NCBI GenBank assembly: GCA_964435645.1
Contig: CAYSZY010000005.1
Span: 1 to 30,634 of the forward strand
From: an uncultured Thermococci archaeon
GTDB taxonomy: Archaea; Methanobacteriota_B; Thermococci; Methanofastidiosales; NM3
DNA: 30,634 bases
Direction of reading: 5' to 3'
Within the stretch, counting starts at the first letter, position 1. Every line of letters begins with the position of its first letter. The translations under genes and the position numbers were made by a program. Under the pieces are notes generated by a model. That model did not search any database. It worked only from the letters and a program-made list of their open reading frames with translations, and had not been told where the DNA came from. Below, in pieces: positions 17,350-26,912 of this stretch.

Positions 17350-17949
17350 TCAGAAGAGCGCTGTTGCGCCCATATATGTGAAAAGTGCGCCAAACGCCAG
17401 CAGGATGGATACCGATATCACCGTGAGCGCTCGCTCGGCTCGATGGCCGATGCGCGTTGCGGACTTGTTGGTGACAATCGACACGAATCCCAACCACGCC
17501 GCATCGCACCCCTCGTGCACCAGGATAAATGCAAGAAGCCCTAACAGCCCGAACTCAGTCGCCTGGATAATGAGGGTAAATCCCACGGTAAGCCACCATA
17601 TGACAAAGTACGGCGATAGCGCACTGAGGACGATGCCCGTTACCATGCCCCTTCGCGAGCCAACGCGCTCGGTGGATTGCCGGGATGCATCGTACGCGAG
17701 GTACAGGAGCACAATGCCGCCCACCAGGGCTATGGCGCCCTTGAGCGATTCGCTTTCCGCCATGGTCCCAAAGAAGTAGAGCAGGAGAATAAGCGGAATC
17801 TCGACGCCGGCATGCCCAAGCGTTATATGGAATCCCGCATACTTGTTTGTCCGTGCCTCGGCTATGGTGGCAGCGAGGATAGGCCCCGGCGCGAGCACAC
17901 CGCTTATTGATATGAGCACGACACTTGCCAAGAACGCCAAGAATTCCAT
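17350..17949 (-). CDS. LysE/RhtB-family amino-acid exporter
   Basis: 200 aa with six predicted TM segments. The N-terminus MEFLAFLASVVLISISGVLAPGPI matches the LysE-type PGP motif. Confidence 0.7.
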   Translation of the reverse strand: MEFLAFLASVVLISISGVLAPGPILAATIAEARTNKYAGFHITLGHAGVEIPLILLLYFFGTMAESESLKGAIALVGGIVLLYLAYDASRQSTERVGSRRGMVTGIVLSALSPYFVIWWLTVGFTLIIQATEFGLLGLLAFILVHEGCDAAWLGFVSIVTNKSATRIGHRAERALTVISVSILLAFGALFTYMGATALF

Positions 17950-17975
17950 GGTGCTACCCACACAATTGCCCATAT

Positions 17976-19337
17976 TTAAACATTCGGCTGGTGCTCGTGC
18001 TGTTTGGCCCATGCCGTGGCCCAGGTGTGGCCAACTAGGGAGGACATGACGTTGCCTGCCACCATCGACCACCATATGAGCTCGATATCCCCCTCCATTA
18101 TGCGCGAGACATACAGGGAGATTGGCAGCACCACAAGCCACGACCGTGTAAATGCGATGGCAAACGGGGGCCTGCCGCGCCCGGCCGCCTGGAATACCGC
18201 CGCGGACATGATGGAGAGCGGGACAAGGGGGTACACAAGCACATTGATGCGCATGTAGGCAACACCCATCGCCTGCACCGCCGCATCGTCAACAAAGATG
18301 GCGTATATCGCCTCGGGAATCAGGAAAAAGACTGCTGCGCAAACGCTCATAAACGGTATGAGCAGCTTGTAGGCGTAGGTGCGAAGCGCCCTGACCTGGT
18401 GCTGGCGCCCAGCGCCCCAGTAATAACCTGCGGCGGAGATAAACGCCCCCGACAGTCCGAACATGGGAAGAAACGCCAGCGACTCTATCCTGAATCCGAC
18501 ACCGAATACCGCCAGGGCGTCTCCCCCATAGGTTGCCAGTATCGCGTTCATTGCAAAGAGCGAGACAGAATACGAAAGCTGCGAAAGCGAAGCTGGTATC
18601 CCCACCGCGAGTATGGGCGCAGCGAGCTTTGCCCGCGGAACACCGAGTGGAGCTGTGAGGTCTATGTCTTGCGCGTCTTTTCGCAGCACGCAGTATGCCC
18701 CGATGGCAAGGGAAGCGTACCGGGCGATGACGGTGGCAATTGCCGCCCCCTGGACGCCCCACCCGAGCCCGAATATGAGCAGGGGGTCGAGCGCAACGTT
18801 TGCCAGGGCGGCGCTGGACATGACTAGCATGGCGCGGCGGGTGTCGCCGATGCCCCTGAGAATTGCATCGATGCCGAGTGAGAGAAAGATTGCGGGAGCC
18901 CCGAGAAGAATGATCCCCAGGTAGTCCGTTGCATAGCCGTAGACCTCCGGCGGCGCCCCTAAAAGCCCGATGATGCCATTTATCGCGACAAGGCCCACGA
19001 CGGTGCAGGCGGTGCCGATAATCGCCCCCAACCCCAGCGTGACGCGTGCGGCGTTGTCGGCGGTGCCGAACTTATGCCCCCCTATTGAACGCGCTATCAG
19101 CGACTGTGCCCCGATGCCGATGCCCCCGCCGAGGGCTATCATGACCATCTGCACGGGATACGCGATGCTGATGCCTGCCAGGGCCTCTGCATTGATGCGG
19201 CCGACAAAGATGGCATCAACAACATTAAATGCGGTCTGCAGGCTGAATGCGAGGATGAGGGGAACGGCAAGTACGAGAAGCCCATAGAGTGGGCGCTCTT
19301 CCAGAATGCGGTATTTATTCGGTACTGTCCTGCCCAT
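17976..19337 (-). CDS. MATE-family multidrug/oligosaccharidyl-lipid efflux transporter
   Basis: 453 aa with 12 predicted TM segments. N-terminal LAVPLILAFSLQTAFNVVDAIFVGRI and internal duplication typical of MATE (NorM/DinF). Confidence 0.9.
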   Translation of the reverse strand: MGRTVPNKYRILEERPLYGLLVLAVPLILAFSLQTAFNVVDAIFVGRINAEALAGISIAYPVQMVMIALGGGIGIGAQSLIARSIGGHKFGTADNAARVTLGLGAIIGTACTVVGLVAINGIIGLLGAPPEVYGYATDYLGIILLGAPAIFLSLGIDAILRGIGDTRRAMLVMSSAALANVALDPLLIFGLGWGVQGAAIATVIARYASLAIGAYCVLRKDAQDIDLTAPLGVPRAKLAAPILAVGIPASLSQLSYSVSLFAMNAILATYGGDALAVFGVGFRIESLAFLPMFGLSGAFISAAGYYWGAGRQHQVRALRTYAYKLLIPFMSVCAAVFFLIPEAIYAIFVDDAAVQAMGVAYMRINVLVYPLVPLSIMSAAVFQAAGRGRPPFAIAFTRSWLVVLPISLYVSRIMEGDIELIWWSMVAGNVMSSLVGHTWATAWAKQHEHQPNV

Positions 19338-19376
19338 TGCCCAACCACATCCTTGCGATTTTACCCCATACGCCGC

Positions 19377-19757
19377 TTATCTTAATTCTATGGTAACTTC
19401 CCCTATTGGGCCAAGCTCATATATCCGTTCGGCGTGATACACCCTCCCGATGACATTGACAGGTGACGCCGGCTCGGGGTCCTCTCCCGCCGAAGCGGGC
19501 GTTTTTCCAAAGAAGATGCAGATGACGTCCCCCGGCGGCCAGAATGCCATATCCCCCACTGCAAGGCCGGACGTAGCTTGCTCGCCATCTTCGTGAAATT
19601 TCACGCCGAAATACAGCTCTCCGCCCCATGATACGGGATGTGCCGTCAAGGGTAGCGCCGCAAGAAATGCCGCGGCGGTACGTGGGCTGCGCGAGGGGTC
19701 GACAACACCCTCGAACTCCGCCCCGTTGATGCGTATGGTGATTGGGATGTGTTCCAT
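19377..19757 (-). CDS. cyclophilin-like-fold protein (PF04126/DUF369-type)
   Basis: IRINGAEFEGVVDPSRSPRTAAAFLAALP...GELYFGV...GDMAFWPPGDVICIFFG matches the conserved 'AYWPPGNALCIFFG' core of the cyclophilin-like family. The longer upstream ORF extension is probably not translated. Confidence 0.55.
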   Translation of the reverse strand: MEHIPITIRINGAEFEGVVDPSRSPRTAAAFLAALPLTAHPVSWGGELYFGVKFHEDGEQATSGLAVGDMAFWPPGDVICIFFGKTPASAGEDPEPASPVNVIGRVYHAERIYELGPIGEVTIELR

Positions 19758-19804
19758 ATGCCATAAGAGACAACATATATTAAGAGTGTTGCGATAAGCA
19801 TAAC

Positions 19805-20326
19805 ATGAACATACTTGTCGCTTATTATTCACGCACTGGCACGACATCACGTGTCGCCAGGGAGCTTGCCACGTCACTCGGCGCCGATATCGGGGAGATT
19901 CAGGATACCGCCAATCGGTCGGGCCCCATCGGTTACCTCCGTTCGGGTTTCCAGGCCGTTTCCAATAAGCAAGCTGTCATACGCCCGTTTGGGCATTCGT
20001 GTGCGGGCTATGACATTGTCGTTATCGGCACGCCGGTGTGGGCCGGCAGAATGTCCTCGCCCGCCAGGGCCTTCATGCTGAAATACGGTTCGCAGATACG
20101 TTCCGCCGCCCTCTTTTGTACCATGGGCTCATCAGGTGCCAAAAAGACACTTGTGGGCATGCAGTCGGAGCTTGCATGCCCTGTTATCGCCACGGCGCAG
20201 TATAAGGCAAAAGCGGTACGGGGAGATTTAGTGGCACAGCTTGTGGGGCCATTTGCACAGGAAATACTGTCGGCTGCATCATCACGCGACGCGGCGGGCT
20301 CTCCACGGGGGCAGGGCGCCGTATAG
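19805..20326 (+). CDS. flavodoxin-like protein
   Basis: MNILVAYYSRTGTTSRVARELA... is the FMN phosphate-binding loop of flavodoxins. Its stop is 2 nt before the ABC ATPase start. Confidence 0.75.
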   Translation: MNILVAYYSRTGTTSRVARELATSLGADIGEIQDTANRSGPIGYLRSGFQAVSNKQAVIRPFGHSCAGYDIVVIGTPVWAGRMSSPARAFMLKYGSQIRSAALFCTMGSSGAKKTLVGMQSELACPVIATAQYKAKAVRGDLVAQLVGPFAQEILSAASSRDAAGSPRGQGAV

Positions 20327-20327
20327 C

Positions 20328-21272
20328 ATGGGCCACAGGGGGGATGGTGTGAACAATACGACGACGGGGCCCGCGGCACCCGCATTCTCATTGGACCAAA
20401 TTTCAAAATCATACCGTACCGTGCAGGCACTCTTTCCCATAACACTTGACGTGGCAAGCGGGTCAGTAGGGCTTCTTGGTCCCAACGGTGCCGGAAAGAG
20501 CACACTTATCAAGATTATGATGCGCCTTATAGCGCCATCTTCAGGTTCGGTGCGCGTCCTGGGGGGCGATGCGGCAGCAGATGATGTTGTGGACCGCATC
20601 GGTTACATGCCTGAGCACGACTGCCTTCCCCGCTCAATGTCCGCGGTACGCTTTGTATCCTACATGGGCCAGCTTGCCGGGCTTTCGCCGGATGTCGCCA
20701 TGGGGCGCACCCACGATATGCTCGACTATGTGGGGATGGGGCAGGCGCGATACCGGAAAGTCAAGGAATACTCCACCGGCATGAAGCAGAAGGTCAAGAT
20801 GGCCCAAGCGCTGGTCCACGACCCGCAGATCGTCTTTTTTGACGAACCGACAAACGGCCTTGACCCCGAAGGGCGCAAGGAAATGCTCGACCTGCTTCGC
20901 GATGTCGCATCTACGGGGAAAAGCATCGTCCTAAGCTCGCACCTCCTGCCTGACGTGGAGTACGTGTGTGACGATGTCATCATCCTGCATGGCGGCAGGC
21001 TCCTGATGTACGATACCCTCGCATCGGCGCTCGGTGCGGAAAAGACCGTGGCGCGTGTGCGGGGCGACACCGCCGCGTTCCTTTCCGAGCTGCAACGCCG
21101 CGGTGTCGGGTACGAGCCGTCTGGTGCCGATATCGTCCTTGCGGGGACGGATCTTTCCGCCCTGGTCTTCGAGGCCGCGTATGCGGCCGGTGTGCAGGTT
21201 CGATTCCTGGCACAGCACACGCAGTCACTTGAGGACCTGTTCCTCAAGGTGGTGGGTGAGCAGCATGAATGA
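20328..21272 (+). CDS. ABC transporter ATP-binding protein (ABC-2 subfamily, pair 1)
   Basis: Walker A GPNGAGKSTL, signature YSTGMKQKVKMAQAL, Walker B VFFDEPTNGLD, and a C-terminal ABC-2-type accessory domain. Confidence 0.9.
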   Translation: MGHRGDGVNNTTTGPAAPAFSLDQISKSYRTVQALFPITLDVASGSVGLLGPNGAGKSTLIKIMMRLIAPSSGSVRVLGGDAAADDVVDRIGYMPEHDCLPRSMSAVRFVSYMGQLAGLSPDVAMGRTHDMLDYVGMGQARYRKVKEYSTGMKQKVKMAQALVHDPQIVFFDEPTNGLDPEGRKEMLDLLRDVASTGKSIVLSSHLLPDVEYVCDDVIILHGGRLLMYDTLASALGAEKTVARVRGDTAAFLSELQRRGVGYEPSGADIVLAGTDLSALVFEAAYAAGVQVRFLAQHTQSLEDLFLKVVGEQHE

Positions 21273-22080
21273 CCTTGCGCGCCATTATGAGGGATGGTCG
21301 GGCACACGGACCGGTTACGGCACGAGGATGCGATTCTTTGTCAGGGAGGGCGTCTTCTCGACACTTCGGTCTAAGTGGGCGCTGGCAATAGTGCTTATTA
21401 CATACGGCCTTGTTGTCGTGCCCCGTGTCTTTGAGGCACTGGTGATCCAAACGGCCTTCAACCCGCAGTACTACGTATCGCTTTTTCTTGATGCCCAGAT
21501 CCTCTTCCTCCTCTTTGCAGCTGTCGCAGGCGCCGGCATTATCGCCGATGACCTCAAGGACGGAAGCATCGTTCTGCACGTCACGCGTCGCCTCGGTGCC
21601 GGGGGATATCTCTTCGGGCGCATCGCAACGCTCGTTGTCTCGCTTTCGGTTCTCACCCTGCTCCCGTTTGTGGCTCTTATGGCCATTGCGATGCTCTCCA
21701 CATCAGGCGCCGGAATTGGAGATGGCGGGCGGGTCATCGGTGCGGGCCTTGTTTCGGGGGTCACACTCGCGATATTTTTCACTTTAGTCGTTGCAGCGCT
21801 TTCAGCGATTCTGCGCGACAGCAGGTATGCGGGTGCGGGGATATTTTTCTTTGTGCTGTTTTCTGATATTGCCGCATCAATCATGGAGTCGCTTTCCTCG
21901 GATGCGTATGCGCGCCTCATTTCGGTGGGGGACAATCTTCAGATGGTCATCTCCTGGCTGTTTGGCATAACACCACCTTACGCATACAGTGCTGGGTACT
22001 CTGCGGCGATACTCGGCGGCATCATGGCGATTTGCTCCTTTCTGCTTGTGCGGGAGATGCTGGTAAAGGGGGGATCGTGA
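21265..22080 (+). CDS. ABC-2-type transporter permease (pair 1)
   Basis: 271 aa with about six TM helices. Start overlaps the ATPase stop by 8 nt. Confidence 0.7.
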   Translation: MNDLARHYEGWSGTRTGYGTRMRFFVREGVFSTLRSKWALAIVLITYGLVVVPRVFEALVIQTAFNPQYYVSLFLDAQILFLLFAAVAGAGIIADDLKDGSIVLHVTRRLGAGGYLFGRIATLVVSLSVLTLLPFVALMAIAMLSTSGAGIGDGGRVIGAGLVSGVTLAIFFTLVVAALSAILRDSRYAGAGIFFFVLFSDIAASIMESLSSDAYARLISVGDNLQMVISWLFGITPPYAYSAGYSAAILGGIMAICSFLLVREMLVKGGS

Positions 22081-22997
22081 TGGGCGCAATCATAACTGCG
22101 GACCATGTCTCAAAGTGGTATGGCGAGGTTGTCGGCCTCAATAACTTCAGCGTATCGGTGCACGGCGGCATCACCGGGCTTGTGGGGCCCAACGGCGCCG
22201 GAAAGACGACATTTATCCGGCTTATCACCGGGCAGTGCTCCCCCCATAAGGGCATTTTGTCCGTCATGGGGCAAAATCCCTTCGACAATCCCGCCCTCAT
22301 GGCATGTATCGGGTATTGCCCCGAGCACGAGGCGCTGTACTTCGGCATGAGGGATATCGAGTTTCTCGAGATGATTGCACGTCTTCGGGGCTTTGGCAAG
22401 GACACCGCATCAGAGCGGGCCGCCCGCTGCCTGGAAACGGTGGGGCTCGACCCCAAGGAACGCCTCATCGGAACGTTTAGCAAAGGCATGAAACAGCGCC
22501 TTAAGATTGCCCAGGCGCTGCTTCACGAACCGTCCCTCCTCATCCTCGATGAACCGTTTACCGGCGTCGACCCCATCGTGCGCGTCAAGCTCTATGAGCT
22601 CATACGCGCCTTGGCTGACCGCGGGATGCATGTGGTGCTTAGCAGCCATATCCTCTATGAGGTGGAGCGGCTCGCCACCACCGTAGTGCTCATGTCAGAC
22701 GGGAAAATGATACTTGAGGGCGGTGTCGACGAGATTCTCGGCACCATAGATCACCATACTCATTCGATCAGGCTCGAAACAGCGGAACCATCGCGCCTGG
22801 GCTCGGAACTCATGGGCCGCGGGCTTGTCCACAGCGCGTCGGCTGTCCCCGGCGGCCTCGTCGTAAAGACCGCCGACCAGCAGCGCTTCTTCGACGAGCT
22901 TCCCTCGCTTGTGGCAAAGGACGGCCTTGACATACGGGGGTTGGCGCCTGTCGGCAATGATTTGCAGGCACTCTTCGACCGGTTGGTGAGAAAATGA
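22080..22997 (+). CDS. ABC transporter ATP-binding protein (ABC-2 subfamily, pair 2)
   Basis: Walker A GPNGAGKTTF, signature FSKGMKQRLKIAQAL, Walker B LILDEPFTGVD. ATG overlaps the preceding permease stop. Confidence 0.9.
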   Translation: MGAIITADHVSKWYGEVVGLNNFSVSVHGGITGLVGPNGAGKTTFIRLITGQCSPHKGILSVMGQNPFDNPALMACIGYCPEHEALYFGMRDIEFLEMIARLRGFGKDTASERAARCLETVGLDPKERLIGTFSKGMKQRLKIAQALLHEPSLLILDEPFTGVDPIVRVKLYELIRALADRGMHVVLSSHILYEVERLATTVVLMSDGKMILEGGVDEILGTIDHHTHSIRLETAEPSRLGSELMGRGLVHSASAVPGGLVVKTADQQRFFDELPSLVAKDGLDIRGLAPVGNDLQALFDRLVRK

Positions 22998-23758
22998 GCG
23001 CGGCACATGAATCCAATCCCCTTTGGGAACTGGCCCGTATGACGATGCGCCAGCAGTACCGTGGGCGAAGGGCACCGGCGCTTTTGGCCCTAGCACTGCT
23101 GCCTCTCTTTATTGCGGCTTACTGGTCCGCCAATCCCACCGAGGGGCCGCCGGAAGTGTTCTTTATGGATTTCAGCTATATCATATACTTCCAGTTTGTC
23201 ATACCGGTGGTCACGCTTATTGCCGGGACGTCGCTTATCCGCGATGAGATATCCTCCCGCACGATATCTTATCTCGTTACCAACGCCAGCAGCCGTACAG
23301 AGATTGTAATCGGGCGCATAATGGGTTACACCATCACCGCCTTCTCCGTTCTGGCCGTCCCCATCGTGGCGGCGTACGCCCTCATACTAGGATGGAACGG
23401 GTCGCTGGGCTCCGGGATGCCATCGCTTTGCATCCTGCTTGCAGCGGCCGCGTGCGCCATTGTGGCGTACGGCACGCTGTACAATCTCATGGGCGTATAC
23501 CTTAAGCATCCGCTCATGGTGGGGCTGCTCTTCGCATTCATATGGGAAACGGTCCTTGCCAATCTTCCAGGGCGGATACCCTATATCACCGTGTCGTTTT
23601 ACCTGCGCTCCCTGCTTGCGGGGCTCTCTGATGTGGGTGAAACGGGTGCATGGGACGGGGGCGTATCTGCCGTGGGGGCATTAGCCGCACTCGCAGCGAT
23701 GTCACTTGCGTTTGCTTGGCTTTCCATACGCCGCTTCCGGAGAATGGATGTCGTATGA
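22994..23758 (+). CDS. ABC-2-type transporter permease (pair 2)
   Basis: 254 aa polytopic membrane protein. ATGA overlap with the ATPase stop. Confidence 0.7.
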   Translation: MSAAHESNPLWELARMTMRQQYRGRRAPALLALALLPLFIAAYWSANPTEGPPEVFFMDFSYIIYFQFVIPVVTLIAGTSLIRDEISSRTISYLVTNASSRTEIVIGRIMGYTITAFSVLAVPIVAAYALILGWNGSLGSGMPSLCILLAAAACAIVAYGTLYNLMGVYLKHPLMVGLLFAFIWETVLANLPGRIPYITVSFYLRSLLAGLSDVGETGAWDGGVSAVGALAALAAMSLAFAWLSIRRFRRMDVV

Positions 23759-23804
23759 GGGCAGTTGCTGAAACCTGTTTTAACGGGGAGCGCATAGGTG
23801 TCTT

Positions 23805-24488
23805 ATGAAGGTGCTTGGCAGCGATGTGTGTATCGATATGCGGCTTGTGCGCGCAGCTATAGTGCCGTCATATGCCGCACGGCATGCTGATGCCCTCGAT
23901 GCGCTGCGTGACACGATATCATCCGCGGCTCAACCAGAGGTGGTTTACCGGTCATGTGATGTTGTGACCCGTGACGCCGGCACCTTCGAGCTTTGCGGTG
24001 TCGCGATGGGCGGCCCCCTGCTCCGTTACTGCCTTACCGGTGCCGATGTCGCTTACCCGTTCGTGTTCACGCTTGGGCCGGGTGTTGACACGGCCATTCG
24101 TGCCCAGCGGAAGCCCTACGCGATGTATGTCGCGGACATGATGGCAAACGCACTGCTCGCATCTGTCCGAAGGGCTGTTGAACGGCACCTTTGCATGACA
24201 TACAATCATGGGGCCGTATCGAAGATAACGCCCGGCTCACTTGATACATGGCCGATTGGTGTACAGCGTACGCTTCTCGGCATTCTTTCGCGTACCCGCG
24301 CCCTCCCGGTGCGCATTGAGGAAAGCAACATGATGAATCCGCTCAAGTCCGTATCCGGAATATATTTTCCCTCGGACCTGCCGTTTGGGCCCTGCATGCT
24401 CTGCAAGAGGGATGGCTGCATCGGGAGGGAATACCCGTACGACCCGCTCCTCGATATGCGCATAACAGGGAACCATCACCCGGGGTAA
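23805..24488 (+). CDS. stand-alone homolog of the vitamin-B12-dependent methionine synthase activation (AdoMet-binding reactivation) domain, PF02965-like
   Basis: C-terminal ...RIEESNMMNPLKSVSGIYFPSD parallels the conserved MetH activation-domain segment (E-S-x-M-W-P-x-x-SVSG-W-YF-SHP). Assignment is by motif memory only. Confidence 0.5.
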   Translation: MKVLGSDVCIDMRLVRAAIVPSYAARHADALDALRDTISSAAQPEVVYRSCDVVTRDAGTFELCGVAMGGPLLRYCLTGADVAYPFVFTLGPGVDTAIRAQRKPYAMYVADMMANALLASVRRAVERHLCMTYNHGAVSKITPGSLDTWPIGVQRTLLGILSRTRALPVRIEESNMMNPLKSVSGIYFPSDLPFGPCMLCKRDGCIGREYPYDPLLDMRITGNHHPG

Positions 24489-24560
24489 TCGATTACGCAG
24501 CATGAAAAGATATATATTCATATATTATAAGGTCATATGGTCTACAGGATGTGTGTAATT

Positions 24561-25100
24561 ATGGTGGAAGATAACGACAAGGGCGCCGCGTTTGTATCGC
24601 GCACGGTGGAAGAGCTTTCCCTGTTTGAAAAGGCACTGCGCCTTATTCCCGGATACCGGGGGTATAGCAAAAAAGAAAAGCTGCGCGACACGGACAAGCT
24701 GGTCCGTGAGACGCTGTTCCTGGAACTCAAGAAGGCATCACGCAATCTTTCCGCCTCCTTTGAGATGCTTGTTATGTATGACCGCGATTATCGCGAAGTC
24801 GACCGGGTCAACCTCGCACTCGACACGTTCTCTACCAAGGTTCGCCATGCCCCCCACGGGTACAGTGGGCTCTTTGATCCCATAAAAGTGGGGGAAGACG
24901 ACCTTGAGCGCATCATCGCATTTGATGTTTCCCTGCTTGAGTACGCGGAAACGCTGGTGGATGCAAGCGAAAAGGTTAAGGATGCCGCAAAGCGCGAAGA
25001 GGAAATATTCGAAGCGCAGGAGCTCCTCTCATCCACATTTGACAAGCTTACCGCACAGTTTGATGCACGCTTATCACTGATACATGACTTACCGGAGTGA
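24561..25100 (+). CDS. hypothetical coiled-coil protein (possible partner of the downstream SPFH protein)
   Basis: About 180 aa, charged and helical (EE/KR heptad-like stretches). Own TATA-like promoter (atatatattcatatattataagg) about 35 nt upstream. Its stop lies 8 nt before the SPFH start. Confidence 0.5.
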   Translation: MVEDNDKGAAFVSRTVEELSLFEKALRLIPGYRGYSKKEKLRDTDKLVRETLFLELKKASRNLSASFEMLVMYDRDYREVDRVNLALDTFSTKVRHAPHGYSGLFDPIKVGEDDLERIIAFDVSLLEYAETLVDASEKVKDAAKREEEIFEAQELLSSTFDKLTAQFDARLSLIHDLPE

Positions 25101-25107
25101 TACGTAC

Positions 25108-26106
25108 ATGACACAAAAAACAAATGTCATCGAATGGCCCCAGCGGGGCGAGGACGACATCATGTGGGTCTATCCCCACAAGGATATACGATTTGGTTCA
25201 CAGATTGTCGTACGGGAGTATGAGGCGTGTGTCTTCATGCGCGACGGAAAGGTCTATGATGTTTTTCTTCCGGGGCGGCATGTGATTACCTCCGCTAATA
25301 TACCGCTTCTTACCAAGGCGTTCAATTTCCTTGCAGGGTATGGGGAAACGCCGTTTAAGGTCGATATAATCTACATCTCCCTGCGCCAGCACAAGGGCAA
25401 GTTCGGGCTCAATATGCGCATGCCCATGAGCAAGACGTACCTTGCATGGATGACTGAAGTACAGACATATGGTGAATTCTACTTCAAGATAGACGATCCC
25501 ATCGTCTTTCTCACCCAGCTTGCAGGCGGATTGAGCGAGGTGTCTGCCCTTGATGTCAGCTCGTTCATACGCAACTTCTTTGTCCAAGGCTCAATCCAGG
25601 AGCTTTCCCGACATGATGTCATCACCGTGCAGACCAAGCTGCTTGATGTCACCACGAAGCTTCGTGCAACACTTTCTAGCCAGTTCCAGAATCGTGGCCT
25701 CTCGCTTCTCGATACCAAATTTGGCGGATTCACCTTCCCCTACCTGGAAAAGCTCGAATCGGAAGACCCCACGTACGGTGTGCCGCTTATGGCGGCGATG
25801 CAGTCGGGCCAGGCGGACAAGGCGCTTGATATTATCAAGATTGTGGAGAGCATGAGAGGCATCGGCAAGTCCTCCGGCGCAGGCATTGGTGCGGGGCTCG
25901 TGGGCCTTCCGTATCTTTTCGGGCAGCAACCTGCCGCTGCCCCAGCAGCGCCCCCTGCATACGGCGCGGCTGCCGTGGCGGCCCCACAGGCGCCGGCAAT
26001 GTCTATCGAGGACAAACTGCTCAAGCTCAAGGACTTGCTTGACAAGGAGCTTATCTCCCCTGAGGAATATCAGGAAAAACGGAAAAAATACCTTGATGAC
26101 CTGTAA
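25108..26106 (+). CDS. YdjI-type SPFH/band-7-like protein (PF13421) fused to a C-terminal SHOCT domain via an Ala/Pro-rich linker
   Basis: N-terminus VIEWPQRGEDDIMWVYP...GSQIVVREYEACVFMRDGKVYDVFLPGRHVITSANIPLLT...PFKVDIIY aligns with B. subtilis YdjI-like proteins. C-terminus SIEDKLLKLKDLLDKELISPEEYQEKRKKYLDDL is a SHOCT motif. Confidence 0.7.
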   Translation: MTQKTNVIEWPQRGEDDIMWVYPHKDIRFGSQIVVREYEACVFMRDGKVYDVFLPGRHVITSANIPLLTKAFNFLAGYGETPFKVDIIYISLRQHKGKFGLNMRMPMSKTYLAWMTEVQTYGEFYFKIDDPIVFLTQLAGGLSEVSALDVSSFIRNFFVQGSIQELSRHDVITVQTKLLDVTTKLRATLSSQFQNRGLSLLDTKFGGFTFPYLEKLESEDPTYGVPLMAAMQSGQADKALDIIKIVESMRGIGKSSGAGIGAGLVGLPYLFGQQPAAAPAAPPAYGAAAVAAPQAPAMSIEDKLLKLKDLLDKELISPEEYQEKRKKYLDDL

Positions 26107-26165
26107 CGGCCATAGCTCCCCTGCGGTGTGGAAAAGATTTATATCGTTTATTCCCAAGCATCAGT

Positions 26166-26912
26166 ATGCACAGATTGGTTATCCTTTCCTGCGAGGTGTT
26201 CGAAACGGAACTGGTGCACCTCATATCCCAGTCAGGGATATCCCGTATTTTCATGGAGCATTCTGAAGAGAACGATAAGTTTGCCCAATTGATGGATGGG
26301 CATGATGTCAATGTCAGGTTTATGGGGGATATTGCGTTTATGCCTCGCGTATCCAAGGATATTACACTTATCATTGACATCCTTCCAATCGGATTACACG
26401 TTGATATCGACGAGCTGCGTTACGAAGTCGATTCTGCGATAGACAAGTACAAGCATGTGGCCGACGCGTTTCTCCTCATGTACGGCTCTTGCGGCAATGC
26501 GCTAAATGAGATAATAGGGCGGGAGGATGTACGGATGTACTACCCCTGCACAGGCGGGAACATTGTCGACGACTGCGTATGCTCTTTGCTAGGGTATGAA
26601 TCTTATATGAAGGAGCTTGAGCGGGGCGGAAGCTTTTTTGTGATTCCCGGATTTGCACTTTATAGGGATAAGATGATACAGCGTATTTCCGAACGCACTG
26701 GTAAGGCATATGACGACTCAATGACACGCATGATGCTTGAGGCCGATAGCTATGAGCGGGCACTTTTTATAGAGATAGGGATAGAATCACAGGAAATACG
26801 TGATGCCAAGCACCTGCTGGCAAAGCGATTTAATCTTCCAGTTTACCGTACCTGTGGGAGTATGGATATTTTGCAGGACGCGTTTGACACGGCTGTTGAT
26901 GCAGTAAAGTAA
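26166..26912 (+). CDS. DUF1638-like protein (corrinoid-methyltransferase-associated family in methanogens)
   Basis: N-terminal LVILSCEVFETEL and Cys-containing LLMYGSCGNAL/YYPCTGGN segments resemble DUF1638. Assignment tentative. Confidence 0.4.
   Translation: MHRLVILSCEVFETELVHLISQSGISRIFMEHSEENDKFAQLMDGHDVNVRFMGDIAFMPRVSKDITLIIDILPIGLHVDIDELRYEVDSAIDKYKHVADAFLLMYGSCGNALNEIIGREDVRMYYPCTGGNIVDDCVCSLLGYESYMKELERGGSFFVIPGFALYRDKMIQRISERTGKAYDDSMTRMMLEADSYERALFIEIGIESQEIRDAKHLLAKRFNLPVYRTCGSMDILQDAFDTAVDAVK

Noticed and set aside
20008-21307. ORFs 20008-20505 (-) and 20726-21307 (-)
   Set aside because: Antisense to the flavodoxin and ABC ATPase genes. No supporting features.
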